DNA of 64,000 nt, from assembly GCA_965644265.1 (NCBI GenBank), contig OZ286459.1:50840001-50904000 (forward strand). Direction: 5' to 3'. The notes beneath the pieces were generated by a model. That model searched no databases, was not told where the DNA came from, and saw only the letters and a list, made by a program, of their open reading frames with translations. The position numbers were made by a program, and so were the translations under genes. Source of the DNA: Glycera tridactyla (taxonomy: Eukaryota). Positions 1 through 8,936 of this stretch are shown here, piece by piece; position 1 is the first letter of the stretch, and each line of letters starts with the position of its first letter.

Positions 1-377
1 TCTGCATCAGGAGAGCAGCAACATAGATCCTTGATAATTTGCACATTATATTGTTGTTGAAAATATATGAGAAGACCGCCACCACTAGATTTGCCAGAGT
101 CAAGTGTTGGGTCAGATCTAAAAAATTTGTAGTTAGGGATGAAGAGCTCATTATTATGGATAGAGTTATTAAGGAATGTTTCATTTAAGCAAAGTATATC
201 CAGTGAACTTCGAAGGAGAAGAGTTTCCAAGTCTTCATGTTTGCGAACTATGCTACATAGGTTTAGGCTACCTATTGAGATACCAGGAAGATTGGATAGA
301 CTCATGGTACTATGGTCAAAATTTGAGAAGTGCTCTTCAAGTGGGAAGGCATATTTGGGTTTTCTAGGGGGAGCCAT
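1..377 (-). mobile_element. CR1/L2-group LINE ORF2 N-terminus (APE endonuclease), runs off the window start
   Basis: Manual translation from ATG at 377 gives MAPPRKPKYAFPLEEHFSNFDHSTMSLSNLPGISIGSLNLCSIVRKHEDLETLLLRSSLDILCLNETFL...SGGGLLIYF. It is collinear with the APE ORF at 51272..50385. Confidence 0.85.
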
Positions 378-679
378 AATAACTAGTATAGGAAGGAGTA
401 TGGTATGGGTGGGAGAATGGGTTAGAGGTGATGATGTTGTGTAGGGTGAATCGGAGATATGGAGAGAGGGAAGGGAGTGGGATGTCAAATGAGGAGTGAT
501 GGGATGAGTGAGAGAAGAGTGACTTGAGTAGTGGTGTGTTGAGGGAGTTAGTGCGGTGAATAGTTGAATAAGGTAGGTAAGTCAGGTGAGAAAATGGCAA
601 TAAGAAATTTATTAAAACAGGGGGGGGCGGCGGGGGAGCAATCAGTTTGAAAATTTTGCAAGAAATGATCGATTTAATG

Positions 680-1762
680 AATAGTCAATAGATATCTAGA
701 ATTAGGAGAATAATCAGTATGGAGCTGGATGTTTGTTTAGCTTTGTTTTGCATTTACCTCAATGGCCAACGTAGTAAGGGCGATGGAGTAGAGTGCAAAT
801 GAGACTAGATCACAGTGTGCATGACCAAATGGGGGTCAGTTTAATAGTTATGAGATCAGTAGGACTGCATATGAGCTAGCTGAATGAGCAGATAGGATTC
901 AACGTGAACAAGCAAACAACATTGGAATATAATATACATGTAATAGAAACAACTAGATTACATGACTAATGACCATGAAGCGCAGGAACTACTTCAGGAC
1001 CATGAACCGAAACACCCGTATAACGATAATCTTGGTATATACATATATGATCTGATTAATAAATCTAATTTGTTAATTGGATAGCTTCAGTTGCAGAATG
1101 AAACAAGTGCAATGAAACAAGTACAAGGGGCAATGTTTGACAGCCTGATTTAAGGTCATGAAAGAAGTTCAAAGCATTAATGCTTTGGAGAGAAGAAAGT
1201 ACCAGCAAGAAAAGCACATTTGAGTGTAGAGTTGGATAAACTGCAATCTACAAACATCTCAGTAGCCAGCGTAGTGGAGGCGAAAGAGGTGGATGTTGAG
1301 AGCAGAGTGCATGGAAGTCTTAAGCACAATGAGTAAGACTAGTTGATTAACAATTTTAGGCAGAGCAGCAAGAAAAGAAAAGAAAAGAAAAGAAAATGAG
1401 TAGCTTGATTGATTAACTCCTCCTCCGGGCAGGCGAATGAGAATCATCAAGCCCATACACTGGCAAAAGAGATGAGTATAAAGAATAATGGTAGTTCATA
1501 ATGTACATGAAAAAGATTGAAAGTTGGTTTATGCTTCACAGTCACTCACCAGGTGGATCAGTCCGGAACTAAAGCTTCGGTAGCACTCCCATCAACCGCG
1601 ATCATTTCAGTAACTAATCAAGATGGCAATGTTGCACTCAATTCTACATTCGACGAGGAAATAAAACACAGTTCTCCTCGAATTTCACGGCAAGTACTGA
1701 TATTCACAGCATGCAAATCGAGAATATACATGTTAGATTAACTATTTGGCTGGATTCTATCA
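680..1762. repeat. First copy of a ~1.08 kb tandem duplication; the second copy is 1762-2038 plus 9158-~9957, split by DIRS element 1
   Basis: atagtcaatagatatctagaattaggag occurs at 681 and 1763. The sequence at 960-1760 recurs, diverged, at 9160-9957, and ORFs 1259..1456/9460..9654 and 1517..1741/9715..9933 are near-duplicates. Confidence 0.9.
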
Positions 1763-2038
1763 ATAGTCAATAGATATCTAGAATTAGGAGAATAATTAGT
1801 ATGGAGCTGGATGTTTGTTTAGCTTTGTTTTGCATTCACCTCAATGGCCAACGTAGTGAGGGCGATGGAGGAGAGTGCAAATGAGACTAGATCACAGTGT
1901 GCATGACCAAATGGAGGTCAGTTTAATATTTATGAGATCAGTAGGACTGCATATGGGCTAGCTGAATGAGCAGACAGGATTCAACGTGAACAAGCAAACA
2001 ACATTGGAATACAATATACATGCAATAGAACCGACTAG

Positions 2039-2230
2039 GTTAATACCGTACCTGTCTCTCCCTCAAATTTAGCATCCCCCATGCCTAATAACCTATACCG
2101 AATATTTCAAAACATATTGAAAGAATTCTCCCAGATGGACCTCCCGTCACTATCCGTCACTAGCACCGCCTAGTGCTAAATGCCGACATATTGACCTGCC
2201 GGTCACCGCGCATGCGCACGGCGTATTTTC
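2039..2230 (+). repeat. 5' ITR of DIRS element 1
   Basis: gttaataccgtacctgtctctccctcaaatttagcatc...gcgtattttc is the reverse complement of 8937-9126, with about 2 internal mismatches plus the terminal difference. Confidence 0.95.
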
Positions 2231-2675
2231 TTTATTCGGCCATTCAAAACGGTCAAAGAAAATTCCCCAGCGAAAATTTCTAATTTTCAGCCGTTTGGAT
2301 AGCCTATGCCGTTTGCGCGAGGATATATAGTGTATCGGAACTATCAGTGAACACATTCATGTAGGATTTGTTATCCCCATATTGTTTGTTCCCCTCGCGC
2401 GAGAAAAAATTTTGTAGCGCTGTGAAGCGCACGCTCACACGTTCGACATTGTCGAACGCTTGTTGTTGATCTAATAACGCGCAGTTGCGCGTACGCTCAC
2501 GTTCGACATTGTCGGACGCTTGCTGTATGTCTAGTACCAATGGACTCGCGCGAAATACAAACCTTTGAAATGTCCCCATTCATTGAATGCGGTGGCTGTG
2601 ATTTTCATATCGTGTATTGAATGTCCGAAGGTATTCTTTTGCAGCTGAAAAAATTGATTGATTGATTGTATCATT

Positions 2676-5600
2676 ATGTCACGTCAAGGTGCCTGTGGGC
2701 ACTTCCTTGCGGGTTGGGACCTCCATGAATTTTGCCCTTCATGCAGAGATTGTGGGAAGGGGCAAGACAATGGCGAGGAGGTAGTATGTGATACCTGTGA
2801 GTCCTGGACTGATGAGATGTGGCAGAAGCATTATTCCCGTAGGTCTTATAAGTCTAGGAAATATGCCCAGAAGAATGATTCATCTCCGTCCTCTTCCCAG
2901 AAAGAAGTTGAGAATGTGCAGAAGAGGTCACCTAGAGTATCCCTAAAGAAGCTTGAGGATAGTGATATTCCGTCGACCTCAAAAGTTGGGAAATCGTCTA
3001 GAGCTTCCCTGAAATCTTCTGGATCAGTAAAATCCTCACAGGCCACTGCTAAAACTGCGAAGCAACTAGATTCTGCTTCTATATCCTCTACAGAAGAGTT
3101 TGCTTTCAGGCCTCCGTTAGGTCCCACTAAACCTTCTCCAAAACCTAAAAGAAAGACCTTGTCAGTTCCTGGAGTAGGGAAGGTGGTAGCCAGTTCTGGG
3201 CAACCCATTAGTTCGCCTTCAGAATCAGAGCAGGTTCGGCTGGACCAGATTACTCCTTCCAGTAGCTCAATAGAGCATCCGGGCACCGGGCATCCGGGCA
3301 CCGGGCATCCGGGCACCGGGCATGCCATTAGTGAAAATGAGATGGTCACTGACTTCCTGGCAGATGAAGAGGTTGATCAGTCTCCATGTAATGTCAGTTA
3401 CTATGACGATGAGGAGGAGGAGCCAGAGGGGCCTGGGAAGTTTCACTCTAAGGGAGATGAAGCCCAGGTGACTCAGGAGTATCAGGTAGCTAATGCTAAC
3501 TATGAACAACCATCTCCTAGGGAGCATGATTCTCATACTAGCTCTACCAGTAAACAATTAATACACAAGGCTATGGTGCATAACGATGACAAGGGCCAAC
3601 ATAGGAGCTCCAGAAGCTCACATAAATCACACCGATCACAGAGCTCAGATCACAAAGCACCGGGCACCGGGCACCGGGCATCGGGCACCGGGCACCGGGC
3701 ATCAAGCACTGAGGGTAGTGATAGGTCCAAATCTGAGTCCAAGAGAACAGAGCACCGGTCATCAGATTCAAAGCAGCGATCATCGGGCACGAAAAGCAGG
3801 TCGGCATCTAAATCAAGTGTGAAATCAGATCCGTCCAAAAAGCATAGACAGTCTAGCTCGTCCAAATCACGGAAATCACATAGTACAGAGCATCGGGCAT
3901 CGGGCACCGGGCACACAGCATCAAGCACCGGGCACCGGGCACCCAGTACTGATTTCAGTGTAAAACCTCTTCCAAAGCCTACCACATCCACTCAATCTCA
4001 CTCTAGATCTAGAATGCAACCTCCCTTAGAAGTAGTTCATTCAGATAATGATATAATCATCAGCGAAGAGATTAGTGGAGATAGTAGCGATGAAAGAGAT
4101 TTACTTCCTACTGCCATTTTTGGGAATAAATCGAGCCCAGAATCAAACCCAGCAATGAAACTCGCCTCAGTATTATTTCGGGGCAACAGTAGGAGTAGTA
4201 GGATACCAGTGAGACAGGGCAATGGCTCTGGAACACAACAAGTATCAACCTCAGTGCAGAAGATTCCTCAGAGAATTTCTCAACCCCATCCTCTTCAGTC
4301 AATTCCTACACAACAAGGATGTAGGAAAAGGAAAATTACAAGGAGCTGGATTCCCGAATCTAACCCATCTACCCCGAAACAACAGAATACCCAAGGGGGG
4401 TGGTGGAATACTATGAGGAAGGCTAAGGCCTCAGCTACAGTATCTAGGGCTCCAGATGATGAGGATGATCCCTTAGTTAATGCTGACCTCAGACAACTAC
4501 CAGCGGTAGTTAGTAGCCTTCGTTCCGAATTAAATGACATGAAGCATGAACTTAGTTCAGCCAGAGATGCATTAGCAGCTGCCACATCGGCAGTGGATAG
4601 GGACAGACAGGGAGATGAGGATGATAATGAACGTCCTGCACATACACGCAGACTCCAGAAATTCAGGAGATTTGCGGTTGAAATCCTACCAGATTACATG
4701 GGACTCCCTGACCCCAATGATACTGATCCATGGGGAATAGGCCCGAAGGTGGGAGATACTTCTTTTGATGAAGATCATAGGTCGAAAGACATAGACAGGC
4801 TAGTGGACACAGCGCTTCCTCTTTCTCCAATGGTCCAAAATATTCATAAATTCCTCGACAGGAATTTACAGGGTAGAGAAAGACACCATCAGTCGATAGA
4901 AGATGATGCCAGCCTGAGTGAGTTTGTGGTGGGGAAAGGAGGACCCTCTGAGTCTTTAAATAGAACATTTAAAATGAATTACCCAGTAAGATTTGGTTGT
5001 AATTCTAGGGTCTACAAAATCAGACAATCTGGTGCTGTCCCAGATGATCAATTTGTTTCTCCACCTATAGTCGATAATGATTATTATCAGTTTGGAAAAT
5101 CTTCCAAGAATGACCTCAAACCTTCTCCAGAAGAGTCCATGCTGAGAGAAGCCCTGAAAGTTTTGTCATACACTGATGTGGCCTTTGGGGCAGGCATAAG
5201 ATCAACACAGCCTCATGTAACCAACATACCAGATCTGGAGGAGAGAGCAGAAATTGCCATGCAGGTTGGAATGAAGGCTGTGGAACATGCCACATATATA
5301 GTTTCGAAAGTGGCATGTAATATGCAGTTGAGCAGGAGAGATGCAGCACTCAAAACATGTGGGTTTGACGAAATAGCAAAGGCCCAACTTAGATCTTTAC
5401 CTCTTGGTAGAGAGCATCTCTTTTGCGGCAGACTAAATGAAGCCTCTACAGAAAGCCTCAAAAGATCCAAGATTCGCCGTAATCTAGACAAAGGATTAAG
5501 ATCTAGCTATACAACTCCCACCTCTTCAGCTGGCTTCAACCAATCATTCAAATCTCAGTCCAAGTCAGCATCGAGATCAAGGGGCAACTCTTGGAGGGGG

Positions 5601-5768
5601 AGGGGCAGGGGTAGAGGGTCAGCTCAAGTGACACCAGAACCCACAGAACAAAATCAGTTCAAACCCGCGGATCAGCCAGGTCAGAACCAAACACAGACCA
5701 GGGGCGGTAGAGGAAAGAGGCGATTCTCAGGCAGGCGTTCGGGCAGGGGGAGATATTCCCGGCCCTAG
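2676..5768 (+). CDS. DIRS ORF1 (gag-like): N-terminal Cys/His finger, S/T-G repeat-rich disordered middle, conserved helical C-terminal domain, RG-rich tail
   Basis: ORF track 2658..5768; first ATG at 2676 (MSRQGACGHFLAGWDLHEFCPSCRDCG). The C-terminal RR..L.....LRSLPLG..LF.GRL.EA motif is shared with the four other gag copies. Confidence 0.9.
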   Translation: MSRQGACGHFLAGWDLHEFCPSCRDCGKGQDNGEEVVCDTCESWTDEMWQKHYSRRSYKSRKYAQKNDSSPSSSQKEVENVQKRSPRVSLKKLEDSDIPSTSKVGKSSRASLKSSGSVKSSQATAKTAKQLDSASISSTEEFAFRPPLGPTKPSPKPKRKTLSVPGVGKVVASSGQPISSPSESEQVRLDQITPSSSSIEHPGTGHPGTGHPGTGHAISENEMVTDFLADEEVDQSPCNVSYYDDEEEEPEGPGKFHSKGDEAQVTQEYQVANANYEQPSPREHDSHTSSTSKQLIHKAMVHNDDKGQHRSSRSSHKSHRSQSSDHKAPGTGHRASGTGHRASSTEGSDRSKSESKRTEHRSSDSKQRSSGTKSRSASKSSVKSDPSKKHRQSSSSKSRKSHSTEHRASGTGHTASSTGHRAPSTDFSVKPLPKPTTSTQSHSRSRMQPPLEVVHSDNDIIISEEISGDSSDERDLLPTAIFGNKSSPESNPAMKLASVLFRGNSRSSRIPVRQGNGSGTQQVSTSVQKIPQRISQPHPLQSIPTQQGCRKRKITRSWIPESNPSTPKQQNTQGGWWNTMRKAKASATVSRAPDDEDDPLVNADLRQLPAVVSSLRSELNDMKHELSSARDALAAATSAVDRDRQGDEDDNERPAHTRRLQKFRRFAVEILPDYMGLPDPNDTDPWGIGPKVGDTSFDEDHRSKDIDRLVDTALPLSPMVQNIHKFLDRNLQGRERHHQSIEDDASLSEFVVGKGGPSESLNRTFKMNYPVRFGCNSRVYKIRQSGAVPDDQFVSPPIVDNDYYQFGKSSKNDLKPSPEESMLREALKVLSYTDVAFGAGIRSTQPHVTNIPDLEERAEIAMQVGMKAVEHATYIVSKVACNMQLSRRDAALKTCGFDEIAKAQLRSLPLGREHLFCGRLNEASTESLKRSKIRRNLDKGLRSSYTTPTSSAGFNQSFKSQSKSASRSRGNSWRGRGRGRGSAQVTPEPTEQNQFKPADQPGQNQTQTRGGRGKRRFSGRRSGRGRYSRP

Positions 5769-8768
5769 GGACTCGAGCGTCACTCTCTCATCAGATCGAG
5801 TGGGGGCAAGATTGGCGAGATTTCTTCCAGCTTGGGAGAATCTCACAAGCAACCGTTTCATTCTATCCATCATAGACCAAGGCCTAGTTATCAGGTTCGA
5901 AAGAAATCCAGTTCTATCAGCAAGCTTCTTACCCTTCTCAGGTCCAAGGGTAGGAAGCGTCAAACATCATGCGTTAGAACTGGAAATATCAAAAATGTTG
6001 GACAAAGGGGCTATAGTCCCCATAACGGAACAAAACGAACCAGGCTTCTACAGCAATCTTTTTCTGGTTACAAAAGCGTCGGGCGGTTTTCGCCCTATTA
6101 TAAACTTGAAGCCCCTAAATCGGTTTATCTACAACCAAAGCTTCAAGATGGAGACGGTTCGCTCTGTAGTGAAAGCAGTGCTTCCAGGGGATTGGTCAGT
6201 TTCGATAGATCTCCGGGATGCCTATTTTCACGTCCCCATCCACAAGGACCATCAGAAGTTTTTAAGATTCGCGGTGTCGGCAAGCAGGGCTTTTCAGTTC
6301 CGAGCTCTTCCTTTCGGACTCTGCTCGGCACCAAGAATCTTTACCATGGTCCTGAGAGAGATGGCGCACTATCTACACTCTCGAGGAATCAAGGTACACC
6401 TATATCTGGACGACTGGCTGATTCGACATCAGGATCAGTCAGTCCTCCGACAACATTTGCACATTGTGCTGGAGAAGGCGAAGGAGTTGGGCTGGCTGGT
6501 GAACGAGGAGAAATCCGAGTTAGTTCCCAGCCAGCAATTTGTATATCTAGGAGTGAGGTTCGATACCCAGAGTTCTCTTGTTTTTCCAACTCAAAAGAGG
6601 GTCGAGAAGTTAGAAGCATGCGTCAAATTGTTTCTGAGGAGGCCAGTTCAACCCGCAAGGGCAATTCTGAGACTATTGGGCCACATGTCCAGCCTGTCAG
6701 ACTACATCTGGTTGGGAAGACTCCATATGAGGCCAATTCAGTTGTGCCTTCTAGCTCAATGGAGTCCCCACCACGACAATCTAGAAGACATGCTGAGATT
6801 GACAACAGAAGTCAAGGACATGCTGGTCTGGTGGTCTCAGAGGGAGAACACACTGTCAGGAGTTCCCTTAGTTCTTCCAGATCCTCAGATAACAATAACA
6901 ACAGACGCATCTCTGACCGGATGGGGGGCTCACATAGTAGGTCCAGACATGAGAGACCAGGTAGCAGGGGATTGGCCAGAGAGTTACGAGGAGAGGTCAA
7001 TGAATTCCCTCGAACTGGAAGCGATTCTACTAGCCCTCCAGACCTTCCATCAATATATTGTAAATACTGTAGTACTAATACTCTCCGACAATGCTACCGC
7101 TGTTGCATATGTCAAAAATCAAGGGGGGACCCACAGTGCGCTTCTGTGCGGTCTTGCCTGGAAGATACACAGTCTTGCACATGCAAAGTCAGTCATGCTA
7201 AGGATTCGGCACATTCCAGGACAAAGAAACGTCCTAGCCGACTCCCTATCCCGGTCAAAACCCATCCCAACAGAATGGGAATTGTGTCAACAGACATTTT
7301 CTCAAGTCATAGATCTATTCGGAGTATCTCCTCTGATAGATCTAATGGCAACATTTGCCAACAGAAAACTACCGGTCTTTATCAGTCCCTTCCCCGACCC
7401 GGCAGCACTCGCAGTGGACGCCCTTTCCGTCCAGTGGAACCACTTCGGTGTCGCGTATGTTTTTCCTCCAACTGCACTGTTGAGGGATGTTCTAAACAAG
7501 ATCAGATACAGAGATCTTATCATAATATGCGTGGCACCGTGGTGGCCCAACCAGAGTTGGTTCCCCGATCTGTTGGAGCTATCAGTGACAGACCCGATCC
7601 AATTGCCAGAGACAAGGAATATTCTGACCCAGGTAGTGAAGGGGAAGAGGCTCAACCATTGGAGACCTCAAACCCTGAACCTTCACGCCTGGTGTTTATC
7701 AGGTATGCCCTTGTCTCCAAAGGCTACTCAAATCAGGCTGTCACTCGAATCTCGAAACCTACGAGAAGCTCCACAGAGAGGGTGTATAACTCCAGATGGG
7801 AAGTCTGGGACAGATTCTGTGGGGACAATCGGGTTGATCCGACCGAGGCTCCTCTAACTACAGTCCTAGATTTCTTCATGTTTCTGTGGGATCAGGGGAA
7901 GGGAATTAAGACTCTCAAAGGTTATAAGTCTGCAATGACTTCAGTGTTTATACACTATGACAATGTTACTCTTGAGTCACGGGATCTGAGATCTCTCTTG
8001 AGGAACATGTCGTTAGAACGGCCAGTAGCAAAGAAAGTTATCCCTGCTTGGAATCTTTCAGTTGTTCTAAAATTTTTACTGACCGACCAGTTTGAACCTT
8101 TAGAGAATAGTTCTCTAGAAAATCTGTCTAAGAAGACAATCTTTTTATTATCTTTGGCCTCAGGAAGACGAAGGAGTGAACTGCATGCACTCTCTGGTCT
8201 TCCTGGAGCAATCAGATTCACTCGTGATTTCTCTCGGGTTACATTATTATGTATCCCCGGCTTCCTTGCCAAGAATCAGACTCCTGACAAGGAAGCTCCT
8301 CTCATTGAGATTCCTGCCATCCCAAGAAAGGCTGGTAACTTGAACGATCAAAGATTATTGTGTCCAGTGCGTTGCCTGAAACATTACTTGGAGAGAGTAT
8401 CTTCTTTCAGGGGCACTAGGAGACGATTATTTATTCCTACTTCACAAAACTCTAGAATGGAACTTAGAGTAGATGCCATTACTAAATGTATCCAATCTTT
8501 GATCACGAAATCACATGAGGCAGTGGATGATGACTCTCTAACTGGAGAGAATGTCTCTTCTCATGAAGTGAGAGCTTTAGCCGCTTCGTGGAGACTTTTC
8601 AACAGATCATCCTCGATTGCCGACATTATGCAAGCGGCATATTGGAGGTCGGCAAATACTTTTGCCTCTTTCTATCTGAGAGATCTGTGTGGTCAGGCCA
8701 TGGACCTGTACTCACTGGGACCCTTAGTGGTCGGTCAGAGTGTGGTCTGTCCACCGGACAATGTTTAA
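5769..8768 (+). CDS. DIRS tyrosine recombinase ORF; YR domain ~7690-8768 with a ~640-codon N-terminal extension overlapping pol
   Basis: ORF track 5832..8768, manually extended stop-free back to 5769. Catalytic-type motifs SGRRRSELHAL, FLAKNQ, SHEVRALA, AAYWRS and TFASFYLRD. Confidence 0.92.
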   Translation, partial: GLERHSLIRSSGGKIGEISSSLGESHKQPFHSIHHRPRPSYQVRKKSSSISKLLTLLRSKGRKRQTSCVRTGNIKNVGQRGYSPHNGTKRTRLLQQSFSGYKSVGRFSPYYKLEAPKSVYLQPKLQDGDGSLCSESSASRGLVSFDRSPGCLFSRPHPQGPSEVFKIRGVGKQGFSVPSSSFRTLLGTKNLYHGPERDGALSTLSRNQGTPISGRLADSTSGSVSPPTTFAHCAGEGEGVGLAGERGEIRVSSQPAICISRSEVRYPEFSCFSNSKEGREVRSMRQIVSEEASSTRKGNSETIGPHVQPVRLHLVGKTPYEANSVVPSSSMESPPRQSRRHAEIDNRSQGHAGLVVSEGEHTVRSSLSSSRSSDNNNNRRISDRMGGSHSRSRHERPGSRGLARELRGEVNEFPRTGSDSTSPPDLPSIYCKYCSTNTLRQCYRCCICQKSRGDPQCASVRSCLEDTQSCTCKVSHAKDSAHSRTKKRPSRLPIPVKTHPNRMGIVSTDIFSSHRSIRSISSDRSNGNICQQKTTGLYQSLPRPGSTRSGRPFRPVEPLRCRVCFSSNCTVEGCSKQDQIQRSYHNMRGTVVAQPELVPRSVGAISDRPDPIARDKEYSDPGSEGEEAQPLETSNPEPSRLVFIRYALVSKGYSNQAVTRISKPTRSSTERVYNSRWEVWDRFCGDNRVDPTEAPLTTVLDFFMFLWDQGKGIKTLKGYKSAMTSVFIHYDNVTLESRDLRSLLRNMSLERPVAKKVIPAWNLSVVLKFLLTDQFEPLENSSLENLSKKTIFLLSLASGRRRSELHALSGLPGAIRFTRDFSRVTLLCIPGFLAKNQTPDKEAPLIEIPAIPRKAGNLNDQRLLCPVRCLKHYLERVSSFRGTRRRLFIPTSQNSRMELRVDAITKCIQSLITKSHEAVDDDSLTGENVSSHEVRALAASWRLFNRSSSIADIMQAAYWRSANTFASFYLRDLCGQAMDLYSLGPLVVGQSVVCPPDNV
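5800..7857 (+). CDS. DIRS pol: reverse transcriptase + RNase H + Dam-like methyltransferase domain (start uncertain; frame open from 5632)
   Basis: GFYSNLFLV.K..GGFRPIINLK, SIDLRDAYFHVP, LPFGL..APR.FT and YLDDWL (RT); TDAS..GWGA, LELEAI, SDNATAV and NVLADSLSR (RNase H); IDLMAT..N.KLP.F.SP and AYVFPP...APWWPNQSWFP (MT-like). Confidence 0.95.
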   Translation: MGARLARFLPAWENLTSNRFILSIIDQGLVIRFERNPVLSASFLPFSGPRVGSVKHHALELEISKMLDKGAIVPITEQNEPGFYSNLFLVTKASGGFRPIINLKPLNRFIYNQSFKMETVRSVVKAVLPGDWSVSIDLRDAYFHVPIHKDHQKFLRFAVSASRAFQFRALPFGLCSAPRIFTMVLREMAHYLHSRGIKVHLYLDDWLIRHQDQSVLRQHLHIVLEKAKELGWLVNEEKSELVPSQQFVYLGVRFDTQSSLVFPTQKRVEKLEACVKLFLRRPVQPARAILRLLGHMSSLSDYIWLGRLHMRPIQLCLLAQWSPHHDNLEDMLRLTTEVKDMLVWWSQRENTLSGVPLVLPDPQITITTDASLTGWGAHIVGPDMRDQVAGDWPESYEERSMNSLELEAILLALQTFHQYIVNTVVLILSDNATAVAYVKNQGGTHSALLCGLAWKIHSLAHAKSVMLRIRHIPGQRNVLADSLSRSKPIPTEWELCQQTFSQVIDLFGVSPLIDLMATFANRKLPVFISPFPDPAALAVDALSVQWNHFGVAYVFPPTALLRDVLNKIRYRDLIIICVAPWWPNQSWFPDLLELSVTDPIQLPETRNILTQVVKGKRLNHWRPQTLNLHAWCLSGMPLSPKATQIRLSLESRNLREAPQRGCITPDGKSGTDSVGTIGLIRPRLL

Positions 8769-8806
8769 ATATATAAAGAATTATCCCTCCATCCGTGATA
8801 TATGCG

Positions 8807-8901
8807 GATGCTAAATTTGAGGGAGAGACAGGTACGGTATTAACTACCCCCAGGTTGTTTACTTAACCTGGATGTTAATACCTACCTGTCTCTCCCTCAA
8901 A
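8807..8901 (+). repeat. Internal complementary region (ICR) of element 1
   Basis: The left half is the reverse complement of the 5' terminus and the right half is the reverse complement of the 3' terminus, so together they spell the circle junction ...cctgggggta-gttaatacc... Confidence 0.95.
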
Positions 8902-8936
8902 GATGTACCCTCCCATCCGTCCCCGCTAATTGTTGT

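Noticed and set aside
2052-2072. Splice-acceptor-like ctgtctctccctcaaatttag in the 5' ITR
   Set aside because: The AG is missing in related ITRs (33084, 54832, 63804) and in family C, so it is not conserved.
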